The position numbers and the translations under genes were made by a program. Source: a virus (lineage: Duplodnaviria > Caudoviricetes). Taken from it: DNA of 54,513 nucleotides. Under the pieces are notes generated by a model, which made no database searches, was not told the origin of the DNA, and saw only the letters and a list, made by a program, of their open reading frames with translations. Positions within the stretch are counted from its first letter, which is position 1. Each line of letters begins with the position of its first letter. Below, piece after piece: positions 9,355 to 19,422 of the stretch. The stretch lies in IMG/VR virus record IMGVR_UViG_3300027741_000083, positions 1 through 54,513 of that record; one strand, given 5' to 3'.

Positions 9355-10238
9355 TATAGTATCACTCCGTTTCTTTGGGCTTCGGCAATCCAGTAAAAAT
9401 TATTTTCTCTACTAGAAATATCAAATGCAAGTTTATATACAATATAAGAGCCATTAGCTGTAGGTACTCTATCACTTTTTACAGTTAACAGAGTACCTAA
9501 CCTAGTATAATTGTCAAGCATAAATGTAACTTTTACGCCAAAATTTGTTATTTCCGGAAGATCAATCATTCCTGTTTCTGCACTTACTATTTTTGTTCCG
9601 GCTGAAACTAGAGCTGTATTTTTATTTTTTACAACTAAAACATTGTTTTCTATATATGCGCTGACTCCGCCAATGCTATTTATTCTATCAATTTGTTTTA
9701 AAGCTGCTCCTATAAAGTTGTAATTAGTTAAAGGTTTATCTGTTGCTTCAAACTGTAACGGGATACCAAGGCTCCCTGCAACTTGTTTTGCTATATTTGA
9801 AATTAAATTTGTTGGTACAGCAGCAGGAGTTATTATATTTCCATTTTGAAAAAAGAACGTTAAACAATTTAACGTAACTATATTGTCAGGAGGCTTTGTA
9901 ATAGAGGCTTTAACAACGTCCCCAGAGTATATTAATGATAGCCCAGTAGAAACTCTACCTGCACTAACTGTAATTTGTTTTGCTACTCTATTTGCGTTCC
10001 AAGGGCTTGTCTCTGATAATAAAAACTCTCTTGTCTCTCTTGATAGCCCAGCAATGCTAACTTCACACTCTTGCGGGTTTTCATTGTCAAATTTTGTTCC
10101 TCTCGCAGTGATCCAAAGGCCGTTAGTTCTTAAAACTTGCCCAGCAGAATTTAGCTGTGTTTGCGTCTCATAGTTATAAATTTGATTGTTTACCTGTAGA
10201 GTAACTCTAATTATTTTTGGATCTAATTGATCAAGCAT
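9354..10238 (-). CDS. Baseplate hub protein
   Basis: Gene order; IxGLS, IYSGDV, SAETGMIDLP motifs. Confidence 0.78.
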   Translation of the reverse strand: MLDQLDPKIIRVTLQVNNQIYNYETQTQLNSAGQVLRTNGLWITARGTKFDNENPQECEVSIAGLSRETREFLLSETSPWNANRVAKQITVSAGRVSTGLSLIYSGDVVKASITKPPDNIVTLNCLTFFFQNGNIITPAAVPTNLISNIAKQVAGSLGIPLQFEATDKPLTNYNFIGAALKQIDRINSIGGVSAYIENNVLVVKNKNTALVSAGTKIVSAETGMIDLPEITNFGVKVTFMLDNYTRLGTLLTVKSDRVPTANGSYIVYKLAFDISSRENNFYWIAEAQRNGVIL

Positions 10239-10557
10239 TTTCTATTGCCTGCCGCAATTCTTTATTGCTTATATAAATTAAAACTTGAGAATCTCCAAAT
10301 TTTGTATAATCTGGGTTTTCATCGTCATTAGCTAATAGCATAAAATTACCATTAAACAAATATAAATAACCTAAGATTAAAGTACCAGATGTTAATACTT
10401 GATTAATAATAAGAGGGGTATTATTTAAACTTATACTGATTAAAACAAGATTTTTAGCTCCGTTATTTACTGTTCTTAAAGTAATAGCAAAAAAACCATT
10501 ATCTAATATTATAGTAGCAGTTTGATTTGCGTTATTTTGTAATGGTATCTGTATCAT
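10231..10557 (-). CDS. Baseplate plug-like protein
   Basis: MIQIPL..NQT and PDYTKFG..LIY motifs; gene order. Confidence 0.7.
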   Translation of the reverse strand: MIQIPLQNNANQTATIILDNGFFAITLRTVNNGAKNLVLISISLNNTPLIINQVLTSGTLILGYLYLFNGNFMLLANDDENPDYTKFGDSQVLIYISNKELRQAIENA

Positions 10558-10565
10558 TTTTATTA

Positions 10566-11135
10566 TTAAAATATTTTTTTTATTAAATTGTTTCCGCCTT
10601 CAACTATATTTTGGAAAGTAGTTTGTCTTTGTTTTGGCGTTGCAGGCGTTGGCTGTAAATTTCCTCTATTAGATTGCTGTTTGTCTAAAGGATCTTTTGG
10701 CTGGTATTCTGTAACTAATGTTGTTGCAAACTGAATTTCTATTGTTTTTATATTTATAATACTAGCATTAATCATTTCTGCTGTTCTTTCGTACGGTATA
10801 GAATAAATAAATTGACTTTCAAAAGTTCTTTCTTGCGTTTGAATTATTAACGGGGTTGCATTTAAATATAATGCTTCTATCTGCTGATATAAATTTTCTA
10901 CTTGCCCTGGTGGAATAAATAAATCTATCTCTATTTCTGTTTGATTTAATACTCGGTTATCTGAGACTGTCGATATGTTTTGAACAGTTTCAATCGGATG
11001 TTTTGTAAAAGTAGCATTTGGTTTTGGCTGAACTCTTAAGATTGTGCAATCAATTAAAATTTGAAAAAAGTCTTTATCAAATATACCTATTGGAGTTAGC
11101 GGCTCTCCCTGCCCTAGTGAAAGATTAAAACTCAT
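10566..11135 (-). CDS. Dit-like/tail tube initiator protein
   Basis: HPIE....SDN motif; directly after the tape measure gene. Confidence 0.7.
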   Translation of the reverse strand: MSFNLSLGQGEPLTPIGIFDKDFFQILIDCTILRVQPKPNATFTKHPIETVQNISTVSDNRVLNQTEIEIDLFIPPGQVENLYQQIEALYLNATPLIIQTQERTFESQFIYSIPYERTAEMINASIINIKTIEIQFATTLVTEYQPKDPLDKQQSNRGNLQPTPATPKQRQTTFQNIVEGGNNLIKKIF

Positions 11136-11136
11136 T

Positions 11137-12666
11137 TTAAGCCCTCAATCCGTCTGCATAAGATAATTGCGCATTATTAAATTTATCATTTAAAGCCGAA
11201 GCAATATTAGAAGCAATATCATCAACGCTTGTTGCTTGCGTGCTAATATTTATTTTATCAACTGTTACATTATTACTTGAGCTCCTATTATTTTGAGAAT
11301 TTGCATAAGAAATAGAATTTGAATTAATAGAAGAAAGAGGATTTTGATTTATACTATTCATTGTTTTTCCGGCAGAATTCATTGCTTCTTTTGATCTGTC
11401 ATCTTTTAAAATTGAAAAAATAGATTGGGTTCCATTTGCTTCAAATTTTTTGCTGGAAGAAAATAAATTACTAACAAATTCTACTGCTTTAAAAATACCT
11501 CCAACAATAGCAGACACAGCATTAAAAACATCTTTTAAAGCACTAATTAAATATGAAAATAAAAGTTGCGCAGTCTCCCAAAGAAAACCAAAAACATTTG
11601 AAAGTGTTTCAAAAACATCTATTAAAGCGGGAAATTCTTTTACCATATCGCCTATAAAAGAACTATCGCCCCTAGAAAAAGCTTGCCAATCTTCATAAAA
11701 TATAGCAAAAGCAGCGGTTAATAAAGCAACAATTCCAATAACCGCATAAAATGGAGAAGCTAGTGTAACTGCCGCAATTGCCGCTCTAATTAAGGGTGGA
11801 ATCAAATATAAAGTAATTGCTGATCCAGCAGCTATAGCAAAACCAATAATAAGATCTTTGTGCGTACTAACATAAGTGCCTACTTTTTCTAAAGCTTTTC
11901 CTATTTTTGAAAATATGGGTAAAACCATACTTCCAACTATTCCAAAAAATTTATTAAAAGATCTACTTGTATCTTCCCATTGCTGATTAAACTTACGTGA
12001 TAATTCAGCATCTTCTTTTGTTACAACACCTAGTTCTTTTTGCCTTTTAATAGCGACATCTACTTCTGCCCTTCCTTTTTGAAGCAATGCTATTGTTCCT
12101 TGATCTAGCCCAAGCCTCATTCCAAGACTATTAGCCCTCTGCCTATCTAAACCTTGGAAAGCGTCTGCAAGCTGAGGGAGAACCTGCAGAACGTCTTTTG
12201 CCTTCCCACTTGCGTCTGTCATTGAGACGCCAAGAGACCTAAACAAAATGGATTGTTCGCTACTCACTTTGTTTGCAAATTGCCCAAATGTATTTGATAG
12301 TCTTTCTACTGTAGATTGAAATTCTTGAGCAGATCCGCCTTCTCGTTTAACAGCCCCTCCCCAAGCATCTAGATCTTCAACATTTACATTTAATCTTTTT
12401 GATATAATTCCTAAGTTATCTGCATATTTTGTATATGCAGCAGTACCCGCAATAAGTCCACCAAGACTTGCAGCTCCTAAAATAACTCCAGTATAAGATT
12501 TTGCTAAATTTAATAAAGAACTAGAAAGGCTTTTAGAAGCTCCTTCTGTTTTTTCTAATGTTTTTTCTAGCTCTTGAGTTTTATTTTTTGCAACAACTGT
12601 TTTGGATATTAACTCTTCAGTATTTGCAGTTAAAACTAAGGCAAAACTTTCTACAACACTTGTCAC
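11137..12666 (-). CDS. Tail tape measure protein
   Basis: Ala/Leu-rich helical protein with hydrophobic segments downstream of the tail chaperones; GTG start. Confidence 0.85.
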   Translation of the reverse strand: MTSVVESFALVLTANTEELISKTVVAKNKTQELEKTLEKTEGASKSLSSSLLNLAKSYTGVILGAASLGGLIAGTAAYTKYADNLGIISKRLNVNVEDLDAWGGAVKREGGSAQEFQSTVERLSNTFGQFANKVSSEQSILFRSLGVSMTDASGKAKDVLQVLPQLADAFQGLDRQRANSLGMRLGLDQGTIALLQKGRAEVDVAIKRQKELGVVTKEDAELSRKFNQQWEDTSRSFNKFFGIVGSMVLPIFSKIGKALEKVGTYVSTHKDLIIGFAIAAGSAITLYLIPPLIRAAIAAVTLASPFYAVIGIVALLTAAFAIFYEDWQAFSRGDSSFIGDMVKEFPALIDVFETLSNVFGFLWETAQLLFSYLISALKDVFNAVSAIVGGIFKAVEFVSNLFSSSKKFEANGTQSIFSILKDDRSKEAMNSAGKTMNSINQNPLSSINSNSISYANSQNNRSSSNNVTVDKINISTQATSVDDIASNIASALNDKFNNAQLSYADGLRA

Positions 12667-12668
12667 TA

Positions 12669-12920
12669 TTATCCACCTTTTGCTTTTGCTTGATCTTGCG
12701 CGTATTTTGAAGCTGTATACTCATTAAATTTCATAGTAGCTACTGCTTCATAAATATCTATTGCATCTTCAAGGGTATATACAGTATTTAGTTCATGTAG
12801 AGTTGCTTTACCCTCTGCTATTAAAGATCCAATTAAACTGTTAACATTTTTAAATTCTTGGTAAGGCGCATTATGGCAAAACCTTTTTAAGAAAGTTAGG
12901 CTTTGCCTTTTGGAAAAAAA
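12669..12920 (-). CDS. Tail assembly chaperone C-terminal extension (T frame), likely reached by -1 frameshift
   Basis: Open -1 frame from GGT TTT TTT C (12914-12920) to TAA at 12669, encoding KATLHELNTVYTLEDA; no in-frame ATG before this motif. Confidence 0.7.
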   Translation of the reverse strand, partial: FFSKRQSLTFLKRFCHNAPYQEFKNVNSLIGSLIAEGKATLHELNTVYTLEDAIDIYEAVATMKFNEYTASKYAQDQAKAKGG

Positions 12921-13330
12921 CCAAAATTAAATAACTGTATTTCTTGTTCAAGCTCAATAAGACTTAAAACATTAAAATGAGTATCGATTAAAGAATCTGT
13001 TAACATATTAATAACACCAGGAGATATTTCTACTGACGCAAATGTTCTTAGTTCTGATGTGATTTTTTCTAATTCTGATAAAGATGAATTTCCGCTTTGT
13101 TGTAAAAACTGAATAGCGTGGATATATTTTGATGCTTTAGTAGCAGGTATTTTATAGATTGTTACTTTTTTCCCAGTCCCGGGAATCTTTTTTAATTTTG
13201 CTGCCATCACTGGGTTAGTATTAACTTCTAAAAGTTCTTCTTCAGTAAGACTTGAAATATCTCTTTCGCAGCCGACTTCTACTTCTTTAAAACCAAGACT
13301 TCTTAGTGTATCTAAGTTATAAGTATTCAT
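12896..13330 (-). CDS. Tail assembly chaperone (G frame)
   Basis: Between tail tube and tape measure; ends FNFGFF at a slippery T7 run. Confidence 0.75.
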   Translation of the reverse strand: MNTYNLDTLRSLGFKEVEVGCERDISSLTEEELLEVNTNPVMAAKLKKIPGTGKKVTIYKIPATKASKYIHAIQFLQQSGNSSLSELEKITSELRTFASVEISPGVINMLTDSLIDTHFNVLSLIELEQEIQLFNFGFFPKGKA

Positions 13331-13352
13331 TTTGCTCCCCCAAAATTAAAAA

Positions 13353-13844
13353 TTAAACTGGTAAATTTGTTATAGGTAAATTCCCTACAGGCACATTAAT
13401 AACAGAAATAGAACCAAATTTCATCGTATAAGGTTTAGTTTGATACCGGCCATCTTGACCCAGTGTATGACCTGGTTTTGCATTTGTTAAAGTTCCATTT
13501 TTCAATGTAATAATTTGTGTTCCTGTTGAATTTGTTATAATTACTTCAATTAAATCATTTGTTGAAACTTTACCTTTAAAAATTAAATTATTTGCTACTA
13601 GTTGACTCATAATTAAATCGCCGGCACTATTAGGCATTAAATTAATTGTTAAAGTTACTACGGATGCTTTTACCCAACGACCTGTGTCTCCGTTTGGGCC
13701 AATTACCATATCACCCATATCAATAGCAGGAAGGTCATATGAGTTTGCATCATCAGCAAAAGAAGAGATAAGAACAGGTATATTTCTGAATGTATTACTT
13801 GCTTTTAATACTATCTGTGACCCGCTGCCTGAAATATCATACAT
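13353..13844 (-). CDS. Tail tube protein
   Basis: MYDISGSG, FADD motifs; follows the sheath gene. Confidence 0.8.
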   Translation of the reverse strand: MYDISGSGSQIVLKASNTFRNIPVLISSFADDANSYDLPAIDMGDMVIGPNGDTGRWVKASVVTLTINLMPNSAGDLIMSQLVANNLIFKGKVSTNDLIEVIITNSTGTQIITLKNGTLTNAKPGHTLGQDGRYQTKPYTMKFGSISVINVPVGNLPITNLPV

Positions 13845-13859
13845 AATTTAATCCTCTTT

Positions 13860-15419
13860 TTATACAATAGCGTGTATACCGTTAATTTTACTGATTGAGT
13901 TATCTGCACCATAAATTAGTATATAATCAGCGTTATAAGTTGTTTTTCCGCTTGTAGCGTCTGCGACTTGATTAATTGTAACTCCAAGCCAATAGCCATT
14001 ATTTTGAACAGATAAATAAGCATTTTCATCGCCAGACAAATTGGTTATTTGTTGGATATCATTGTTTGATAATTGATTCCCAATACTAGTCACGCCATTT
14101 GTTAATGCTTGATCTATAACGCTCTCTAATGTTCCACGTATAATTGCTTCCCCGCTTGGGTTTGCAGATATAATCGAGCTGCTTATTAGGTTTGTCATTA
14201 AAGCTGCTTCCATAGCTGCTTTTAACCACATTTCATTTGCGTATAAGTTCATCATTACAGGCGGTTGACCAGCAGCCCTTAAGCCAAATAATTGGCCTTG
14301 TTGAAAAAATGATGTTGGGGTTGATAACTGAACAAGCCCATAATAGTTTATCCCCAACGCATTGTAAGAATTAGCTACAGTTTGGCTATTAACAGAAGGA
14401 GTTAAAGTAGGATCTGGTTGATAATTATAACTACTTGTTGATTTTCTATTGGCAGAATAATTAGTTGAAGCCAAAATTTTCATTGGTAGCATTTCAGAAT
14501 AGCCCGTAGAAGGGTCTGCTATTTCCATGCCTGTTCCATACGCTGTATTTTTTAATTCTGTTGCCCAAGTGACTGCGTTTGCATTTGAGCTGTTAAACAA
14601 AAACATAAAATAAATATTATATGAAGCATTCCAAGCGCATATTTCTTTATATTGTTCTAAAGTTAATTGATCTTGAAACAAGAAAGAACCAAAGTTAACT
14701 CCCCCGGGAAGTCCGATATTTGTAGTTAAGCAATCTGTTAAGCTTTCTGTTAAGCTGCCATTTGCCCATATTGCACCGGTTGACCCGTTTAATGATTGTG
14801 GTAAAAAACCAAAAGTAACAGCTATATCCGTTCCTGTTGTTCCGTTTGTAATAGAAACAGCATCAGCGATAGTATTGCCGCCAGTTAAAACAAAAGCTCC
14901 AGCTACAGAATCCCAGGCTACGGTAGCATCAGCAAATTGAGGTACTGCAGGATATGATGCATTTAAAGCAGTTTCAATAACAGAAGCAATTTCACTATAG
15001 CTAGTTGCAGCAGAAAAATCTAAAGATGCAAGCTCTGCTGTGTTAGCGCCTAAAGTGATATTTATGGATCCATCAGTAATCAGCTGCATATTAGTTAAGC
15101 TAATAGATGGTTTTGCTGCAAAAATCATAGGAGCTATATCAGAACTAACCCAGCGCCCAAAAGAAATAAATGGGGGGGAAGTTAATTGCTTACTCATAAA
15201 ACTAAAATAAGAAACGGCTCGGCTATACTCAACAGAAGAAGTTCCAAAATAATTTCCAACTGCTTGTGCATTTGAAAAGTTTAAATAAGTTTGGGGAGGG
15301 AGTAATTCATTTGAAGTGAAAAGCCTTCCAACTAAAGCTCTTACAGCTATAGTTTGACCAGCAAGCATGCCAGATTTAATATCAATATATTGCTGAATAG
15401 GAATAGCAGAAAAGCTCAT
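13860..15419 (-). CDS. Tail sheath protein (DUF3383 family)
   Basis: VGNYFGTSSVEY..A..YF, NYYG, YANEMWLK motifs; 519 aa. Confidence 0.88.
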   Translation of the reverse strand: MSFSAIPIQQYIDIKSGMLAGQTIAVRALVGRLFTSNELLPPQTYLNFSNAQAVGNYFGTSSVEYSRAVSYFSFMSKQLTSPPFISFGRWVSSDIAPMIFAAKPSISLTNMQLITDGSINITLGANTAELASLDFSAATSYSEIASVIETALNASYPAVPQFADATVAWDSVAGAFVLTGGNTIADAVSITNGTTGTDIAVTFGFLPQSLNGSTGAIWANGSLTESLTDCLTTNIGLPGGVNFGSFLFQDQLTLEQYKEICAWNASYNIYFMFLFNSSNANAVTWATELKNTAYGTGMEIADPSTGYSEMLPMKILASTNYSANRKSTSSYNYQPDPTLTPSVNSQTVANSYNALGINYYGLVQLSTPTSFFQQGQLFGLRAAGQPPVMMNLYANEMWLKAAMEAALMTNLISSSIISANPSGEAIIRGTLESVIDQALTNGVTSIGNQLSNNDIQQITNLSGDENAYLSVQNNGYWLGVTINQVADATSGKTTYNADYILIYGADNSISKINGIHAIV

Positions 15420-15612
15420 GTTTCACCTTATTATTTTTATTATTTTTAAAGGATGATCATTGCGTCATCTTTTTTTTATTTTTATAAATAGATATTATCA
15501 CTTTTCTTTATTAAATTGCAAGTTAATATTTTTTATTTTTTAAAACATAATTATGTTTTAAAGAAACCAAAATAGTTTAAAAAATATACTATCATAGATC
15601 CTATAAATTATT

Positions 15613-15731
15613 AAAAGTAAAGTAATTTATTATTATTTATTTTAAAGAATTACTTTACTTTTTGTTAAGTTATAGTATAATTACTTTATCAAAGCAGTAA
15701 AATTTTAATTAAAAAAGGAGAATATAAAATG
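15613..15731 (+). promoter_or_regulatory. Promoter/RBS cassette, duplicated at 37192-37308
   Basis: AAAAGTAAAG..CTTTACTTTT inverted repeat; TTTACT-16 nt-TATAAT; GGAGAATATAAAATG. Confidence 0.65.
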
Positions 15732-15992
15732 ACAATTAAAAAAGAATATGAATTTAAGTGCAGCGTAGGCAACTCAAGATTAAATCATTACGCAGTAGAT
15801 TTTTATGTATCTAGACTAGATGACAATAAAATCATGCTTAAGCTTGAGAAAAACACTATATATACAAATAAACATATAGTACTAGATAGACGAAATTATA
15901 AACACGCAGTAGGCGAGTTGGAAGGAGCTTCGAGATTAGCTTTTGTGTTAAATAAGTATTTCGATTTTGAGTTTGATATTCCCAATGAATGA
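15729..15992 (+). CDS. Hypothetical protein
   Basis: Strong AAGGAG RBS behind the duplicated promoter. Confidence 0.65.
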   Translation: MTIKKEYEFKCSVGNSRLNHYAVDFYVSRLDDNKIMLKLEKNTIYTNKHIVLDRRNYKHAVGELEGASRLAFVLNKYFDFEFDIPNE

Positions 15993-16102
15993 AGCTGAAA
16001 TCCATATTTTTGATACTGCTGTGGCTGGATGTGTTAAATATAAAATAAAATACGGTTAATAAAATTTTGCTTTTTGCTTGGGTGAATTAAAACAAAAAAG
16101 AG

Positions 16103-16375
16103 ATGGAAATGACGCAATTATCACAATATGGAAAAACAAAAATGAAACTAGAATTTGGAAGAACATTTGACGATCATGGTTTTATAATTGAATCAGTTGA
16201 ATTTAAAACTGATGATGGAAGAAGCGGAACAGTGCAATTAAGTAAACGTGAAGAGTCCTTACATTGCGAGTTTTGCACTGATGATGAATTTAGCGAAGAA
16301 GAGAGGGATTTTGCTATGGGAAAATTTATGGAAATGCTTGAGATAATAGCTTGTAACACCTATTCAGTGGCTTAA
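16103..16375 (+). CDS. Hypothetical acidic protein
   Basis: ORF in plus-strand island; start could be 16142. Confidence 0.55.
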   Translation: MEMTQLSQYGKTKMKLEFGRTFDDHGFIIESVEFKTDDGRSGTVQLSKREESLHCEFCTDDEFSEEERDFAMGKFMEMLEIIACNTYSVA

Positions 16376-17152
16376 TTAAAAATTTGAGATTTTACGTTTT
16401 AAAAACGGGAATCAATTATAATTACTTTATCGCAGCAATCAAGCTGTTTAAAAAGCGGGTTAAATAATGTACGGATTAATTTTTGATTCAGGGAAAAAAG
16501 TTTTAACTAGAAAAGGCCAGAAATATGTCTTTAACGCAACCCCAACAGAAGAATTTTGGGAAGCTTGGCGAAGCGATAAAGGATCGGTAAAAAATAAAGG
16601 ATTTAGTGTAAGCAAAAAAGGTGACGGGTATGATTCTGCATGGTTTGTAAATCGCTGGGAAGACGTACCCGATCACGTTAAAAAATTAGATAAAGAATTT
16701 AATCGGCTTTCAAAACAGGAAGAATTAACAACAGAAGATGTACTATTAAAACCTGACAATTTAAATTATTTAGGTTATCAAAAAGTAGGGATCACTTATG
16801 CTCTTCAAAAAAAGTCATGTTTGATCGGAGATGAGATGGGGCTTGGTAAAACAATACAGGCAATTGGCGTAATGAATAACATTTCTGATTTTAAAACAGC
16901 AATTATAATTTGTCCTGCTTCATTAAAAGTTAATTGGTATAGAGAGATTAAGAAATGGCTGATAAATCAAGATTTAACTATTGAAATTATAACATCAAAA
17001 TCTTTAGATCAAAGTTTTGATAAAAATATTTCGGAAGTATGTATTTAACTAAACTAGCATAAAATATAATCAAAATAAGATTTATTTAATATTTTACTTG
17101 ACTAAAACTTTATTTAAGTATAAAATTATACTCATAAACTCAGGGTGTAATC

Positions 17153-18103
17153 ATGAAAACTAAAATACAAAATCGCTCTACTAAAGACGATATTATCACA
17201 AAAGAAATTCCAATGGCTTGTTCTAATGAAAAACTAGCTGTTGAATTTATGGAAGCTAAAAGATGGGGCGATCATCCTTTTTGCCCATGCTGTGCAAGCC
17301 TTGATGTTTATCAAATGCGAAGTTTAGATGGTGTGCGTCAAGAAAACTTTCGTTGGCGTTGTCGTGATTGCAGGAAGCAATATACTGTGCGTACAGGCAC
17401 TGTATTTGAAGATAGCAAAATAGAATTACGTCATTGGTGTTTTGGCTTTTGGCGTGCCTCTACTTCTAAGAAAGGCGTAAGTGCTTTAGAAGTTCATCGT
17501 CAAACAGGTTTATCTTATAAATCCTCTTTATTCATGTTAAATCGTATTCGTTTTGCGATGGCTGATAGCGTGCAAGATCCACTTAAAGGTGATGTTGAAG
17601 TAGATGAAACATACGTTGGTGGAAAACCTCGTTATAAGGGGCAAAGCAAGCGTGGACGTGGAACTAACAAACAACCCGTGGTTGCTCTAGTAGAGCGTCA
17701 GGGACGGGTTAAAACCAAGCCAGTGGCTAACGTAACAGGTAAAACTTTGAAGACTCTAATACTGGATAATGTTTGCAAGACTTCACGTATCATTACAGAT
17801 GAAAACCCTTCTTATAATGGGATAGGTCAACATTACGAAGGAGGTCACGAATCAGTATGTCATAGTGCAAAAGAGTATGTGCGTGGGGATATCCACTCAA
17901 ATACTATTGAAAGCTTCTTTGCTATTGTTAAAAGGGGTTTAAATGGCATCTATCATGCTGTTAGCAAAGAGCATCTACATCGCTATATGGCTGAATATGA
18001 ATTTAGATACAATTTTAGGGAAATGGAAGACGGAGAACGCACCATTCAGGCTATACACTCTTCACAAGGAAAGAGATTAATGTACAAAGAATGTATAGCA
18101 TGA
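17153..18103 (+). CDS. IS1595-family DDE transposase
   Basis: Zn ribbon CPCC..CRDC, VEVDETYVGG, ITDE, HSNTIESFF, YMAEYEFRYN. Confidence 0.95.
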   Translation: MKTKIQNRSTKDDIITKEIPMACSNEKLAVEFMEAKRWGDHPFCPCCASLDVYQMRSLDGVRQENFRWRCRDCRKQYTVRTGTVFEDSKIELRHWCFGFWRASTSKKGVSALEVHRQTGLSYKSSLFMLNRIRFAMADSVQDPLKGDVEVDETYVGGKPRYKGQSKRGRGTNKQPVVALVERQGRVKTKPVANVTGKTLKTLILDNVCKTSRIITDENPSYNGIGQHYEGGHESVCHSAKEYVRGDIHSNTIESFFAIVKRGLNGIYHAVSKEHLHRYMAEYEFRYNFREMEDGERTIQAIHSSQGKRLMYKECIA

Positions 18104-18159
18104 TCTAATTTTGTTTATTAAAACCGAACTTTAAAATTTCTAAAGATCGGCTCCCTCGT

Positions 18160-18270
18160 TTAGTGTGGGTAACTGCGGCAGTGCTCACGTACATGCTCTA
18201 TTTTGCCTTTTTTAAAGCGCAAATATGGACATACGTGAACTCCCTTTGGCAAATTACAAATAATAGCCAT
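18160..18270 (-). CDS. 36-aa basic peptide (IS cargo)
   Basis: AGGAGG RBS; MAIICNLPKGVHVCPYLRFKKGKIEHVREHCRSYPH; below the ORF-track size cutoff. Confidence 0.65.
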   Translation of the reverse strand: MAIICNLPKGVHVCPYLRFKKGKIEHVREHCRSYPH

Positions 18271-18414
18271 AATAAGTCCTCCTACTTGAAGATTAAAAGT
18301 ATGAGTGGAAGTTGACTTATACTGAGGAAGGTGTAAGAATTACGACGTAGTATCTTGTGAAAGCCTTCATCAGTGATCATTAAATTCCGCTCATGATGGT
18401 TGATATGTCTAGGT

Positions 18415-18456
18415 CGGTAATGATAAACGCACTCACGAAAGGGTTTATCATTACCG
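18415..18456. terminator. Perfect 14-bp hairpin in IS cargo
   Basis: CGGTAATGATAAAC / GTTTATCATTACCG, followed by CTTGGTTTT on the plus strand. Confidence 0.55.
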
Positions 18457-18521
18457 CTTGGTTTTGGCTGCTAGATCAGCCTTAAATTCTTTTCATAAAA
18501 ATTCCTCTTTAAGTATAAAAC

Positions 18522-19007
18522 TTAAAAATATATGTAAGTTCCTTTGCTGATGTTAATAAGCATATTTTTTTTACACATATTAAAGATACGTGTTGAAAGA
18601 GTGGCTTCTTTCAATTCTATATTGAACCTTTGTCTTAAAATCGTACTAATTTCCTTTATGTGTATTCCAGAAGAGTGTTCCTTAACTATGTTGTAGATAT
18701 TATTTTCTATTTCTAAAGTTTTAGAGCGAGGTTTTTTAGGGATAGTAGATTTTGATATGCTAGTCTGAGTCATTCCATTATGTGAGGGAATATAGGCTGA
18801 TTCAGTTTTACGGGTTATGAATTGACCATTCAATGATGAGGTGGATTCTACAGCTTGTTGTTTCTCTAAATATTCTAAAAGCTTCTCAAATTCATATTTT
18901 AGAGGCCAGAATTTAGCTTGTATTTCAGTCCTTTTTGGCTCCCTAGATAAAATATGATCAAAATAGCTTATTTGATGCTTTACAGTTTTAATGTAATCGT
19001 GTACCAT
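18522..19007 (-). CDS. IS cargo protein with C-terminal winged-HTH-like domain
   Basis: GIHIKEI..IL....ATLSTRI..M.K..L..ISKGTY pattern. Confidence 0.65.
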   Translation of the reverse strand: MVHDYIKTVKHQISYFDHILSREPKRTEIQAKFWPLKYEFEKLLEYLEKQQAVESTSSLNGQFITRKTESAYIPSHNGMTQTSISKSTIPKKPRSKTLEIENNIYNIVKEHSSGIHIKEISTILRQRFNIELKEATLSTRIFNMCKKNMLINISKGTYIYF

Positions 19008-19096
19008 AACATTTCTCGTAGTTGCAGTTTAAGATAAAAGGGGTGTGAACAAGATTCACTTAATAGCCCTGATTTTTATATTTTGTTGTAATGGTT

Positions 19097-19163
19097 TGGA
19101 GCGCTCCGGTATCGAACCGGATTTGTGGCCCTATCAAAGACTCAATCCCACCTGGGGCGCCCC
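19097..19163 (-). ncRNA. tRNA-like RNA without a D stem, with G3:U70 acceptor (IS cargo)
   Basis: GGGGCGC/GCGCTCC-A acceptor stem; perfect T arm TCCGG-TTCGATA-CCGGA; weak anticodon stem; no encoded CCA. Confidence 0.55.
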
Positions 19164-19287
19164 AAATTCTACAACTTGAGCAGTTTATCAGTCCTTTTTA
19201 AAAAGATCCAGAAAATATTTTACTTTTTGAAAATAACTTTTTACTTTTTCGTCAAAAACGCTAACTTTTATTTTGAAATTAAAAAAT

Positions 19288-19422
19288 ATGAACAAAAAAA
19301 AATCTGGCGCAGAACCTCAACGGGTCAAGATTGATCTTAATTGGGAAAGTGCGATAGGGAAAGCTTTAAAAAAACCGCCCCAAAAAGAGGAGTTTGATAA
19401 ATTGAAAACCTCAAAAAAATAA
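19288..19422 (+). CDS. 44-aa basic peptide (IS cargo)
   Basis: MNKKKSGAEPQRVKIDLNWESAIGKALKKPP..; resembles small ORFs I associate with IS1595 elements. Confidence 0.5.
   Translation: MNKKKSGAEPQRVKIDLNWESAIGKALKKPPQKEEFDKLKTSKK

Noticed and set aside
6638-11698. Short plus-strand ORFs antisense to tail genes (6638, 6930, 8384, 9511, 9883, 11450)
   Set aside because: Short, no RBS or protein motifs; expected shadows of real minus-strand genes.
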